64,000 nt of DNA from Gordius albopunctatus (Eukaryota), in the NCBI GenBank assembly GCA_964276515.1, contig OZ193910.1, positions 4,216,001-4,280,000 on the forward strand. The letters run 5' to 3'. Each line of letters opens with the position of its first letter. Position 1 is the first letter of the stretch. Shown piece by piece: positions 27,601 through 44,003 of this stretch. Under the pieces are notes generated by a model. The model saw only the letters and a list, made by a program, of their open reading frames with translations. It ran no database searches and was not told the DNA's origin. The position numbers and the translations under genes are program-made.

Positions 27601-30600
27601 AAAAAAAATGATGTGAATCATTGAGACATTTAAAACAATGTAAGGAAATAGTTTAGTCATTTTAACATATATTTTGGACGTTCTTATTATATAAATGCGA
27701 CTTTTTAATAAATAAAAAAAAATGATGTGAATCATTGAGACATTTAAAACAATGTAAGGAAATAGTTTAGTCATTTTAACATATATTTTAGACGTTCCTA
27801 TTATATAAATGCGACTTTTTAATAAATAAAAAAAAATGATGTGAATCATTGAGACATTTAAAACAATGTAAGGAAATAGTTTAGTCATTTTAACATATAT
27901 TTTGGACGTTCCTATTATATAAATGCGACTTTTTAATAAATAAATACAAATGATGTGAATCATTGAGACATTTAAAACAATGTAAGGAAATAGTTTAGTC
28001 ATTTTAACATATATTTTGGACGTTCTTATTATATAAATGCGACTTTTTAATAAATAAAAAAAATGATGTGAATCATTGAGACATTTAAAACAATGTAAGG
28101 AAATAGTTTAGTCATTTTAACATATATTTTGGACGTTCCTATTATATAAATGCGACTTTTTAATAAATAAATACAAATGATGTGAATAATTGAGACATTT
28201 AAAACAATGTAAGGAAATAGTTTAGTCATTTTAACATATATTTTGGACGTTCCTATTATATAAATGCGACTTTTTAATAAATAAATACAAATGATGTGAA
28301 TCATTGAGACATTTAAAACAATGTAAGGAAATAGTTTAGTCATTTTAACATATATTTTGGACGTTCTTATTATATAAATGCGACTTTTTAATAAATAAAA
28401 AAAATGATGTGAATCATTGAGACATTTAAAACAATGTAAGGAAATAGTTTAGTCATTTTAACATATATTTTGGACGTTCTTATTATATAAATGCGACTTT
28501 TTAATAAATAAAAAAAAATGATGTGAATCATTGAGACATTTAAAACAATGTAAGGAAATAGTTTAGTCATTTTAACAAATATTTTGGACGTTCCTATTAT
28601 ATAAATGCGACTTTTTAATAAATAAATACAAATGATGTGAATCATTGAGACATTTAAAACAATGTAAGGAAACAGTTTAGTCATTTTAACATATATTTAG
28701 GACGTTCTTATTATATAAATGCGACTTTTTAATAAATAAAAAAAATGATGTGAATCATTGAGACATTTAAAACAATGTAAGGAAATAGTTTAGTTATTTT
28801 AACATATATTTTGGACGTTCCTATTATATAAATGCGACTTTTTAATAAATAAATACAAATGATGTGAATCATTGAGACATTTAAAACAATGTAAGGAAAT
28901 AGTTTAGTCATTTTAACATATATTTTGGATGTTCTTATTATATAAATGCGACTTTTTAATAAATAAAAAAAAATGATGTGAATCATTGAGACATTTAAAA
29001 CAATGTAAGGAAATAGTTTAGTCATTTTAACATATATTTTGGACGTTCCTATTATATAAATGCGACTTTTTAATAAATAAATACAAATGATGTGAATCAT
29101 TGAGACATTTAAAACAATGTAAGGAAATAGTTTAGTTATTTTAACATATATTTTGGACGTTCTTATTATATAAATGCGACTTTTTAATAAATAAAAAAAA
29201 ATGATGTAAATAATTGAGATATTTAAAACAATGTAAGGAAATAGTTTAGTCATTTTAACATATATTTTGGACGTTCTTATTATATAAATGCGACTTTTTA
29301 ATAAATAAATACAAATGATGTGAATCATTGAGACATTTAAAACAATGTAAGGAAATAGTTTAGTTATTTTAACATATATTTTGGACGTTCCTATTATATA
29401 AATGCGACTTTTTAATAAATAAATACAAATGATGTGAATCATTGAGACATTTAAAACAATGTAAGGAAATAGTTTAGTCATTTTAACATATATTTTGGAT
29501 GTTCTTATTATATAAATGCGACTTTTTAATAAATAAAAAAAATGATGTGAATCATTGAGACATTTAAAACAATGTAAGGAAATAGTTTAGTCATTTTAAC
29601 ATATATTTTGGACGTTCTTATTATATAAATGCGACTTTTTAATAAATAAAAAAAAATGATGTGAATCATTGAGACATTTAAAACAATGTAAGGAAATAGT
29701 TTAGTTATTTTAACATATATTTTGGACGTTCTTATTATATAAATGCGACTTTTTAATAAATAAAAAAAATGATGTGAATCATTGAGACATTTAAAACAAT
29801 GTAAGGAAATAGTTTAGTCATTTTAACATATATTTTGGACGTTCTTATTATATAAATGCGACTTTTTAATAAATAAATACAAATGATGTGAATCATTGAG
29901 ACATTTAAAACAATGTAAGGAAATAGTTTAGTCATTTTAACATATATTTTGGACGTTCTTATTATATAAATGCGACTTTTTAATAAATAAATACAAATGA
30001 TGTGAATCATTGAGACATTTAAAACAATGTAAGGAAATAGTTTAGTCATTTTAACATATATTTTGGACGTTCCTATTATATAAATGCGACTTTTTAATAA
30101 ATAAATACAAATGATGTGAATCATTGAGACATTTAAAACAATGTAAGGAAATAGTTTAGTCATTTTAACATATATTTTGGACGTTCTTATTATATAAATG
30201 CGACTTTTTAATAAATAAAAAAAATGATGTGAATCATTGAGACATTTAAAACAATGTAAGGAAATAGTTTAGTCATTTTAACATATATTTTGGACGTTCC
30301 TATTATATAAATGCGACTTTTTAATAAATAAATACAAATGATGTGAATAATTGAGACATTTAAAACAATGTAAGGAAATAGTTTAGTCATTTTAACATAT
30401 ATTTTGGACGTTCTTATTATATAAATGCGACTTTTTAATAAATAAATACAAATGATGTGAATCATTGAGACATTTAAAACAATGTAAGGAAATAGTTTAG
30501 TCATTTTAACATATATTTTGCACGTTCCTATTATATAAATGCGACTTTTTAATAAATAAATACAAATGATGTGAATCATTGAGACATTTAAAACAATGTA

Positions 30601-33600
30601 AGGAAATAGTTTAGTCATTTTAACATATATTTTGGACGTTCTTATTATATAAATGCGACTTTTTAATAAATAAAAAAAATGATGTGAATCATTGAGACAT
30701 TTAAAACAATGTAAGGAAATAGTTTAGTCATTTTAACATATATTTTGGACGTTCCTATTATAAAAATGCGACTTTTTAATAAATAAATACAAATGATGTG
30801 AATAATTGAGACATTTAAAACAATGTAAGGAAATAGTTTAGTTATTTTAACATATATTTTGGACGTTCTTATTATATAAATGCGACTTTTTAATAAATAA
30901 ATACAAATGATGTGAATCATTGAGACATTTAAAACAATGTAAGGAAATAGTTTAGTCATTTTAACATATATTTTGGACGTTCCTATTATATAAATGCGAC
31001 TTTTTAATAAATAAATACAAATGATGTGAATCATTGAGACATTTAAAACAATGTAAGGAAATAGTTTAGTCATTTTAACATATATTTTGGACGTTCTTAT
31101 TATATAAATGCGACTTTTTAATAAATAAAAAAAATGATGTGAATCATTGAGACATTTAAAACAATGTAAGGAAATAGTTTAGTCATTTTAACATATATTT
31201 TGGACGTTCTTATTATATAAATGCGACTTTTTAATAAATAAATACAAATGATGTGAATCATTGAGACATTTAAAACAATGTAAGGAAATAGTTTAGTCAT
31301 TTTAACATATATTTTGGACGTTCTTATTATATAAATGCGACTTTTTAATAAATAAATACAAATGATGTGAATCATTGAGACATTTAAAACAATGTAAGGA
31401 AATAGTTTAGTCATTTTAACATATATTTTGGACGTTCCTATTATATAAATGCGACTTTTTAATAAATAAAAAAAAATGATGTGAATCATTGAGACATTTA
31501 AAACAATGTAAGGAAATAGTTTAGTCATTTTAACATATATTTTGGACGTTCTTATTATATAAATGCGACTTTTTAATAAATAAATACAAATGATGTGAAT
31601 CATTGAGACATTTAAAACAATGTAAGGAAATCGTTTAGTCATTTTAACATATATTTTGGACGTTCTTATTATATAAATGCGACTTTTTAATAAATAAAAA
31701 AAATGATGTGAATCATTGAGACATTTAAAACAATGTAAGGAAATAGTTTAGTCATTTTAACATATATTTTGGACGTTCTTATTATATAAATGCGACTTTT
31801 TAATAAATAAAAAAAAATGATGTGAATCATTGAGACATTTAAAACAATGTAAGGAAATAGTTTAGTTATTTTAACATATATTTTGGACGTTCTTATTATA
31901 TAAATGCGACTTTTTAATAAATAAAAAAAATGATGTGAATCATTGAGACATTTAAAACAATGTAAGGAAATAGTTTAGTTATTTTAACATATATTTTGGA
32001 CGTTCTTATTATATAAATGCGACTTTTTAATAAATAAATACAAATGATGTGAATCATTGAGACATTTAAAACAATGTAAGGAAATAGTTTAGTCATTTTA
32101 ACATATATTTTGGATGTTCTTATTATATAAATGCGACTTTTTAATAAATAAAAAAAAATGATGTGAATCATTGAGACATTTAAAACAATGTAAGGAAATA
32201 GTTTAGTCATTTTAACATATATTTTGGACGTTCCTATTATATAAATGCGACTTTTTAATAAATAAATACAAATGATGTGAATCATTGAGACATTTAAAAC
32301 AATGTAAGGAAATAGTTTAGTTATTTTAACATATATTTTGGACGTTCTTATTATATAAATGCGACTTTTTAATAAATAAAAAAAAATGATGTAAATAATT
32401 GAGATATTTAAAACAATGTAAGGAAATAGTTTAGTCATTTTAACATATATTTTGGACGTTCTTATTATATAAATGCGACTTTTTAATAAATAAATACAAA
32501 TGATGTGAATCATTGAGACATTTAAAACAATGTAAGGAAATAGTTTAGTTATTTTAACATATATTTTGGACGTTCCTATTATATAAATGCGACTTTTTAA
32601 TAAATAAATACAAATGATGTGAATCATTGAGACATTTAAAACAATGTAAGGAAATAGTTTAGTCATTTTAACATATATTTTGGACGTTCTTATTATATAA
32701 ATGCGACTTTTTAATAAATAAAAAAAATGATGTGAATCATTGAGACATTTAAAACAATGTAAGGAAATAGTTTAGTCATTTTAACATATATTTTGGACGT
32801 TCTTATTATATAAATGCGACTTTTTAATAAATAAAAAAAAATGATGTGAATCATTGAGACATTTAAAACAATGTAAGGAAATAGTTTAGTTATTTTAACA
32901 TATATTTTGGACGTTCTTATTATATAAATGCGACTTTTTAATAAATAAAAAAAATGATGTGAATCATTGAGACATTTAAAACAATGTAAGGAAATAGTTT
33001 AGTCATTTTAACATATATTTTGGACGTTCTTATTATATAAATGCGACTTTTTAATAAATAAATACAAATGATGTGAATCATTGAGACATTTAAAACAATG
33101 TAAGGAAATAGTTTAGTCATTTTAACATATATTTTGGACGTTCTTATTATATAAATGCGACTTTTTAATAAATAAATACAAATGATGTGAATCATTGAGA
33201 CATTTAAAACAATGTAAGGAAATAGTTTAGTCATTTTAACATATATTTTGGACGTTCCTATTATATAAATGCGACTTTTTAATAAATAAATACAAATGAT
33301 GTGAATCATTGAGACATTTAAAACAATGTAAGGAAATAGTTTAGTCATTTTAACATATATTTTGGACGTTCTTATTATATAAATGCGACTTTTTAATAAA
33401 TAAATACAAATGATGTGAATAATTGAGACATTTAAAACAATGTAAGGAAATAGTTTAGTCATTTTAACATATATTTTGGACGTTCTTATTATATAAATGC
33501 GACTTTTTAATAAATAAATACAAATGATGTGAATCATTGAGACATTTAAAACAATGTAAGGAAATAGTTTAGTCATTTTAACATATATTTTGGACGTTCT

Positions 33601-36600
33601 TATTATATAAATGCGACTTTTTAATAAATAAAAAAAATGATGTGAATCATTGAGACATTTAAAACAATGTAAGGAAATAGTTTAGTCATTTTAACATATA
33701 TTTTGGACGTTCTTATTATATAAATGCGACTTTTTAATAAATAAAAAAAAATGATGTGAATCATTGAGACATTTAAAACAATGTAAGGAAATAGTTTAGT
33801 TATTTTAACATATATTTTGGACGTTCCTATTATATAAATGCGACTTTTTAATAAATAAAAAAAAATGATGTAAATAATTGAGATATTTAAAACAATGTAA
33901 GGAAATAGTTTAGTCATTTTAACATATATTTTGGACGTTCCTATTATATAAATGCGACTTTTTAATAAATAAATACAAATGATGTGAATCATTGAGACAT
34001 TTAAAACAATGTAAGGAAATAGTTTAGTCATTTTAACATATATTTTGGATGTTCTTATTATATAAATGCGACTTTTTAATAAATAAAAAAAATGATGTGA
34101 ATCATTGAGACATTTAAAACAATGTAAGGAAATAGTTTAGTCATTTTAACATATATTTTGGACGTTCTTATTATATAAATGCGACTTTTTAATAAATAAA
34201 AAAAAATGATGTGAATCATTGAGACATTTAAAACAATGTAAGGAAATAGTTTAGTTATTTTAACATATATTTTGGACGTTCTTATTATATAAATGCGACT
34301 TTTTAATAAATAAAAAAAATGATGTGAATCATTGAGACATTTAAAACAATGTAAGGAAATAGTTTAGTCATTTTAACATATATTTTGGACGTTCTTATTA
34401 TATAAATGCGACTTTTTAATAAATAAATACAAATGATGTGAATCATTGAGACATTTAAAACAATGTAAGGAAATAGTTTAGTCATTTTAACATATATTTT
34501 GGACGTTCTTATTATATAAATGCGACTTTTTAATAAATAAATACAAATGATGTGAATCATTGAGACATTTAAAACAATGTAAGGAAATAGTTTAGTCATT
34601 TTAACATATATTTTGGACGTTCCTATTATATAAATGCGACTTTTTAATAAATAAATACAAATGATGTGAATCATTGAGACATTTAAAACAATGTAAGGAA
34701 ATAGTTTAGTCATTTTAACATATATTTTGGACGTTCTTATTATATAAATGCGACTTTTTAATAAATTAAAAAAAAATGATGTGAATCATTGAGACATTTA
34801 AAACAATGTAAGGAAATAGTTTAGTCATTTTAACATATATTTTGGACGTTCCTATTATATAAATGCGACTTTTTAATAAATAAATACAAATGATGTGAAT
34901 AATTGAGACATTTAAAACAATGTAAGGAAATAGTTTAGTCATTTTAACATATATTTTGGACGTTCTTATTATATAAATGCGACTTTTTAATAAATAAATA
35001 CAAATGATGTGAATCATTGAGACATTTAAAACAATGTAAGGAAATAGTTTAGTCATTTTAACATATATTTTGCACGTTCCTATTATATAAATGCGACTTT
35101 TTAATAAATAAATACAAATGATGTGAATCATTGAGACATTTAAAACAATGTAAGGAAATAGTTTAGTCATTTTAACATATATTTTGGACGTTCTTATTAT
35201 ATAAATGCGACTTTTTAATAAATAAAAAAAATGATGTGAATCATTGAGACATTTAAAACAATGTAAGGAAATAGTTTAGTCATTTTAACATATATTTTGG
35301 ACGTTCCTATTATAAAAATGCGACTTTTTAATAAATAAATACAAATGATGTGAATAATTGAGACATTTAAAACAATGTAAGGAAATAGTTTAGTTATTTT
35401 AACATATATTTTGGACGTTCTTATTATATAAATGCGACTTTTTAATAAATAAATACAAATGATGTGAATCATTGAGACATTTAAAACAATGTAAGGAAAT
35501 AGTTTAGTCATTTTAACATATATTTTGGACGTTCCTATTATATAAATGCGACTTTTTAATAAATAAATACAAATGATGTGAATCATTGAGACATTTAAAA
35601 CAATGTAAGGAAATAGTTTAGTCATTTTAACATATATTTTGGACGTTCTTATTATATAAATGCGACTTTTTAATAAATAAAAAAAATGATGTGAATCATT
35701 GAGACATTTAAAACAATGTAAGGAAATAGTTTAGTCATTTTAACATATATTTTGGACGTTCTTATTATATAAATGCGACTTTTTAATAAATAAATACAAA
35801 TGATGTGAATCATTGAGACATTTAAAACAATGTAAGGAAATAGTTTAGTCATTTTAACATATATTTTGGACGTTCTTATTATATAAATGCGACTTTTTAA
35901 TAAATAAATACAAATGATGTGAATCATTGAGACATTTAAAACAATGTAAGGAAATAGTTTAGTCATTTTAACATATATTTTGGACGTTCCTATTATATAA
36001 ATGCGACTTTTTAATAAATAAAAAAAAATGATGTGAATCATTGAGACATTTAAAACAATGTAAGGAAATAGTTTAGTCATTTTAACATATATTTTGGACG
36101 TTCTTATTATATAAATGCGACTTTTTAATAAATAAATACAAATGATGTGAATCATTGAGACATTTAAAACAATGTAAGGAAATCGTTTAGTCATTTTAAC
36201 ATATATTTTGGACGTTCTTATTATATAAATGCGACTTTTTAATAAATAAAAAAAATGATGTGAATCATTGAGACATTTAAAACAATGTAAGGAAATAGTT
36301 TAGTCATTTTAACATATATTTTGGACGTTCTTATTATATAAATGCGACTTTTTAATAAATAAAAAAAAATGATGTGAATCATTGAGACATTTAAAACAAT
36401 GTAAGGAAATAGTTTAGTTATTTTAACATATATTTTGGACGTTCTTATTATATAAATGCGACTTTTTAATAAATAAAAAAAATGATGTGAATCATTGAGA
36501 CATTTAAAACAATGTAAGGAAATAGTTTAGTTATTTTAACATATATTTTGGACGTTCTTATTATATAAATGCGACTTTTTAATAAATAAATACAAATGAT

Positions 36601-39600
36601 GTGAATCATTGAGACATTTAAAACAATGTAAGGAAATAGTTTAGTCATTTTAACATATATTTTGGATGTTCTTATTATATAAATGCGACTTTTTAATAAA
36701 TAAAAAAAAATGATGTGAATCATTGAGACATTTAAAACAATGTAAGGAAATAGTTTAGTCATTTTAACATATATTTTGGACGTTCCTATTATATAAATGC
36801 GACTTTTTAATAAATAAATACAAATGATGTGAATCATTGAGACATTTAAAACAATGTAAGGAAATAGTTTAGTTATTTTAACATATATTTTGGACGTTCT
36901 TATTATATAAATGCGACTTTTTAATAAATAAAAAAAAATGATGTAAATAATTGAGATATTTAAAACAATGTAAGGAAATAGTTTAGTCATTTTAACATAT
37001 ATTTTGGACGTTCTTATTATATAAATGCGACTTTTTAATAAATAAATACAAATGATGTGAATCATTGAGACATTTAAAACAATGTAAGGAAATAGTTTAG
37101 TTATTTTAACATATATTTTGGACGTTCCTATTATATAAATGCGACTTTTTAATAAATAAATACAAATGATGTGAATCATTGAGACATTTAAAACAATGTA
37201 AGGAAATAGTTTAGTCATTTTAACATATATTTTGGACGTTCTTATTATATAAATGCGACTTTTTAATAAATAAAAAAAATGATGTGAATCATTGAGACAT
37301 TTAAAACAATGTAAGGAAATAGTTTAGTCATTTTAACATATATTTTGGACGTTCTTATTATATAAATGCGACTTTTTAATAAATAAAAAAAATGATGTGA
37401 ATCATTGAGACATTTAAAACAATGTAAGGAAATAGTTTAGTCATTTTAACATATATTTTGGACGTTCTTATTATATAAATGCGACTTTTTAATAAATAAA
37501 AAAAATGATGTGAATCATTGAGACATTTAAAACAATGTAAGGAAATAGTTTAGTCATTTTAACATATATTTTGGACGTTCTTATTATATAAATGCGACTT
37601 TTTAATAAATAAATACAAATGATGTGAATCATTGAGACATTTAAAACAATGTAAGGAAATAGTTTAGTCATTTTAACATATATTTTGGACGTTCTTATTA
37701 TATAAATGCGACTTTTTAATAAATAAATACAAATGATGTGAATCATTGAGACATTTAAAACAATGTAAGGAAATAGTTTAGTCATTTTAACATATATTTT
37801 GGACGTTCCTATTATATAAATGCGACTTTTTAATAAATAAATACAAATGATGTGAATCATTGAGACATTTAAAACAATGTAAGGAAATAGTTTAGTCATT
37901 TTAACATATATTTTGGACGTTCTTATTATATAAATGCGACTTTTTAATAAATAAATACAAATGATGTGAATAATTGAGACATTTAAAACAATGTAAGGAA
38001 ATAGTTTAGTCATTTTAACATATATTTTGGACGTTCTTATTATATAAATGCGACTTTTTAATAAATAAATACAAATGATGTGAATCATTGAGACATTTAA
38101 AACAATGTAAGGAAATAGTTTAGTCATTTTAACATATATTTTGCACGTTCCTATTATATAAATGCGACTTTTTAATAAATAAATACAAATGATGTGAATC
38201 ATTGAGACATTTAAAACAATGTAAGGAAATAGTTTAGTCATTTTAACATATATTTTGGACGTTCTTATTATATAAATGCGACTTTTTAATAAATAAAAAA
38301 AATGATGTGAATCATTGAGACATTTAAAACAATGTAAGGAAATAGTTTAGTCATTTTAACATATATTTTGGACGTTCCTATTATATAAATGCGACTTTTT
38401 AATAAATAAATACAAATGATGTGAATAATTGAGACATTTAAAACAATGTAAGGAAATAGTTTAGTCATTTTAACATATATTTTGGACGTTCTTATTATAT
38501 AAATGCGACTTTTTAATAAATAAATACAAATGATGTGAATCATTGAGACATTTAAAACAATGTAAGGAAATAGTTTAGTCATTTTAACATATATTTTGGA
38601 CGTTCCTATTATATAAATGCGACTTTTTAATAAATAAATACAAATGATGTGAATCATTGAGACATTTAAAACAATGTAAGGAAATAGTTTAGTCATTTTA
38701 ACATATATTTTGGACGTTCTTATTATATAAATGCGACTTTTTAATAAATAAAAAAAATGATGTGAATCATTGAGACATTTAAAACAATGTAAGGAAATAG
38801 TTTAGTCATTTTAACATATATTTTGGACGTTCCTATTATATAAATGCGACTTTTTAATAAATAAATACAAATGATGTGAATAATTGAGACATTTAAAACA
38901 ATGTAAGGAAATAGTTTAGTCATTTTAACATATATTTTGGACGTTCCTATTATATAAATGCGACTTTTTAATAAATAAATACAAATGATGTGAATCATTG
39001 AGACATTTAAAACAATGTAAGGAAATAGTTTAGTCATTTTAACATATATTTTGGACGTTCTTATTATATAAATGCGACTTTTTAATAAATAAAAAAAATG
39101 ATGTGAATCATTGAGACATTTAAAACAATGTAAGGAAATAGTTTAGTCATTTTAACATATATTTTGGACGTTCTTATTATATAAATGCGACTTTTTAATA
39201 AATAAAAAAAATGATGTGAATCATTGAGACATTTAAAACAATGTAAGGAAATAGTTTAGTCATTTTAACATATATTTTGGACGTTCTTATTATATAAATG
39301 CGACTTTTTAATAAATAAAAAAAAATGATGTGAATCATTGAGACATTTAAAACAATGTAAGGAAATAGTTTAGTTATTTTAACATATATTTTGGACGTTC
39401 TTATTATATAAATGCGACTTTTTAATAAATAAAAAAAAATGATGTGAATCATTGAGACATTTAAAACAATGTAAGGAAATAGTTTAGTCATTTTAACATA
39501 TATTTTGGACGTTCTTATTATATAAATGCGACTTTTTAATAAATAAAAAAAAATGATGTGAATCATTGAGACATTTAAAACAATGTAAGGAAATAGTTTA

Positions 39601-42600
39601 GTCATTTTAACAAATATTTTAGACGTTCCTATTATATAAATGCGACTTTTTAATAAATAAAAAAAAATGATGTGAATCATTGAGACATTTAAAACAATGT
39701 AAGGAAATAGTTTAGTCATTTTAACATATATTTTGGACGTTCCTATTATATAAATGCGACTTTTTAATAAATAAATACAAATGATGTGAATCATTGAGAC
39801 ATTTAAAACAATGTAAGGAAATAGTTTAGTCATTTTAACATATATTTTGGACGTTCTTATTATATAAATGCGACTTTTTAATAAATAAAAAAAAATGATG
39901 TAAATAATTGAGATATTTAAAACAATGTAAGGAAATAGTTTAGTCATTTTAACATATATTTTGGACGTTCTTATTATATAAATGCGACTTTTTAATAAAT
40001 AAATACAAATGATGTGAATCATTGAGACATTTAAAACAATGTAAGGAAATAGTTTAGTCATTTTAACATATATTTTGGACGTTCCTATTATATAAATGCG
40101 ACTTTTTAATAAATAAATACAAATGATGTGAATCATTGAGACATTTAAAACAATGTAAGGAAATAGTTTAGTCATTTTAACATATATTTTGGACGTTCTT
40201 ATTATATAAATGCGACTTTTTAATAAATAAAAAAAATGATGTGAATCATTGAGACATTTAAAACAATGTAAGGAAATAGTTTAGTTATTTTAACATATAT
40301 TTTGGACGTTCCTATTATATAAATGCGACTTTTTAATAAATAAATACAAATGATGTGAATCATTGAGACATTTAAAACAATGTAAGGAAATAGTTTAGTC
40401 ATTTTAACATATATTTTGGACGTTCTTATTATATAAATGCGACTTTTTAATAAATAAATACAAATGATGTGAATCATTGAGACATTTAAAACAATGTAAG
40501 GAAATAGTTTAGTCATTTTAACATATATTTTGGACGTTCCTATTATATAAATGCGACTTTTTAATAAATAAAAAAAAATGATGTGAATCATTGAGACATT
40601 TAAAACAATGTAAGGAAATAGTTTAGTCATTTTAACATATATTTTGGACGTTCTTATTATATAAATGCGACTTTTTAATAAATAAATACAAATGATGTGA
40701 ATCATTGAGACATTTAAAACAATGTAAGGAAATAGTTTAGTCATTTTAACATATATTTTGGACGTTCTTATTATATAAATGCGACTTTTTAATAAATAAA
40801 TACAAATGATGTGAATCATTGAGACATTTAAAACAATGTAAGGAAATAGTTTAGTCATTTTAACATATATTTTGGACGTTCCTATTATATAAATGCGACT
40901 TTTTAATAAATAAAAAAAAATGATGTGAATCATTGAGACATTTAAAACAATGTAAGGAAATAGTTTAGTCATTTTAACATATATTTTGGACGTTCTTATT
41001 ATATAAATGCGACTTTTTAATAAATAAATACAAATGATGTGAATCATTGAGACATTTAAAACAATGTAAGGAAATAGTTTAGTCATTTTAACATATATTT
41101 TGGACGTTCTTATTATATAAATGCGACTTTTTAATAAATAAAAAAAATGATGTGAATCATTGAGACATTTAAAACAATGTAAGGAAATAGTTTAGTCATT
41201 TTAACATATATTTTGGACGTTCTTATTATATAAATGCGACTTTTTAATAAATAAAAAAAAATGATGTGAATCATTGAGACATTTAAAACAATGTAAGGAA
41301 ATAGTTTAGTTATTTTAACATATATTTTGGACGTTCTTATTATATAAATGCGACTTTTTAATAAATAAAAAAAAATGATGTGAATCATTGAGACATTTAA
41401 AACAATGTAAGGAAATAGTTTAGTCATTTTAACATATATTTTGGACGTTCTTATTATATAAATGCGACTTTTTAATAAATAAAAAAAAATGATGTGAATC
41501 ATTGAGACATTTAAAACAATGTAAGGAAATAGTTTAGTCATTTTAACAAATATTTTAGACGTTCCTATTATATAAATGCGACTTTTTAATAAATAAAAAA
41601 AAATGATGTGAATCATTGAGACATTTAAAACAATGTAAGGAAATAGTTTAGTCATTTTAACATATATTTTGGACGTTCCTATTATATAAATGCGACTTTT
41701 TAATAAATAAATACAAATGATGTGAATCATTGAGACATTTAAAACAATGTAAGGAAATAGTTTAGTCATTTTAACATATATTTTGGACGTTCTTATTATA
41801 TAAATGCGACTTTTTAATAAATAAAAAAAATGATGTGAATCATTGAGACATTTAAAACAATGTAAGGAAATAGTTTAGTCATTTTAACATATATTTTGGA
41901 CGTTCCTATTATATAAATGCGACTTTTTAATAAATAAATACAAATGATGTGAATAATTGAGACATTTAAAACAATGTAAGGAAATAGTTTAGTCATTTTA
42001 ACATATATTTTGGACGTTCCTATTATATAAATGCGACTTTTTAATAAATAAATACAAATGATGTGAATCATTGAGACATTTAAAACAATGTAAGGAAATA
42101 GTTTAGTCATTTTAACATATATTTTGGACGTTCTTATTATATAAATGCGACTTTTTAATAAATAAAAAAAATGATGTGAATCATTGAGACATTTAAAACA
42201 ATGTAAGGAAATAGTTTAGTCATTTTAACATATATTTTGGACGTTCTTATTATATAAATGCGACTTTTTAATAAATAAAAAAAAATGATGTGAATCATTG
42301 AGACATTTAAAACAATGTAAGGAAATAGTTTAGTCATTTTAACAAATATTTTGGACGTTCCTATTATATAAATGCGACTTTTTAATAAATAAATACAAAT
42401 GATGTGAATCATTGAGACATTTAAAACAATGTAAGGAAACAGTTTAGTCATTTTAACATATATTTAGGACGTTCTTATTATATAAATGCGACTTTTTAAT
42501 AAATAAAAAAAATGATGTGAATCATTGAGACATTTAAAACAATGTAAGGAAATAGTTTAGTTATTTTAACATATATTTTGGACGTTCCTATTATATAAAT

Positions 42601-43803
42601 GCGACTTTTTAATAAATAAATACAAATGATGTGAATCATTGAGACATTTAAAACAATGTAAGGAAATAGTTTAGTCATTTTAACATATATTTTGGATGTT
42701 CTTATTATATAAATGCGACTTTTTAATAAATAAAAAAAAATGATGTGAATCATTGAGACATTTAAAACAATGTAAGGAAATAGTTTAGTCATTTTAACAT
42801 ATATTTTGGACGTTCCTATTATATAAATGCGACTTTTTAATAAATAAATACAAATGATGTGAATCATTGAGACATTTAAAACAATGTAAGGAAATAGTTT
42901 AGTTATTTTAACATATATTTTGGACGTTCTTATTATATAAATGCGACTTTTTAATAAATAAAAAAAAATGATGTAAATAATTGAGATATTTAAAACAATG
43001 TAAGGAAATAGTTTAGTCATTTTAACATATATTTTGGACGTTCTTATTATATAAATGCGACTTTTTAATAAATAAATACAAATGATGTGAATCATTGAGA
43101 CATTTAAAACAATGTAAGGAAATAGTTTAGTTATTTTAACATATATTTTGGACGTTCCTATTATATAAATGCGACTTTTTAATAAATAAATACAAATGAT
43201 GTGAATCATTGAGACATTTAAAACAATGTAAGGAAATAGTTTAGTCATTTTAACATATATTTTGGATGTTCTTATTATATAAATGCGACTTTTTAATAAA
43301 TAAAAAAAATGATGTGAATCATTGAGACATTTAAAACAATGTAAGGAAATAGTTTAGTCATTTTAACATATATTTTGGACGTTCTTATTATATAAATGCG
43401 ACTTTTTAATAAATAAAAAAAAATGATGTGAATCATTGAGACATTTAAAACAATGTAAGGAAATAGTTTAGTTATTTTAACATATATTTTGGACGTTCTT
43501 ATTATATAAATGCGACTTTTTAATAAATAAAAAAAATGATGTGAATCATTGAGACATTTAAAACAATGTAAGGAAATAGTTTAGTCATTTTAACATATAT
43601 TTTGGACGTTCTTATTATATAAATGCGACTTTTTAATAAATAAATACAAATGATGTGAATCATTGAGACATTTAAAACAATGTAAGGAAATAGTTTAGTC
43701 ATTTTAACATATATTTTGGACGTTCTTATTATATAAATGCGACTTTTTAATAAATAAATACAAATGATGTGAATCATTGAGACATTTAAAACAATGTAAG
43801 GAA
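24684..43803 (-). repeat. 113/114-bp satellite array, block 3 (~168 monomers, reverse orientation)
   Basis: Reverse complement of the same monomer; bounded by N gaps. Confidence 0.99.
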
Positions 43804-44003
43804 NNNNNNNNNNNNNNNNNNNNNNNNNNNNNNNNNNNNNNNNNNNNNNNNNNNNNNNNNNNNNNNNNNNNNNNNNNNNNNNNNNNNNNNNNNNNNNNNN
43901 NNNNNNNNNNNNNNNNNNNNNNNNNNNNNNNNNNNNNNNNNNNNNNNNNNNNNNNNNNNNNNNNNNNNNNNNNNNNNNNNNNNNNNNNNNNNNNNNNNNN
44001 NNN
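43804..44003. other. Assembly gap (200 N)
   Basis: Run of 200 N. Confidence 1.
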
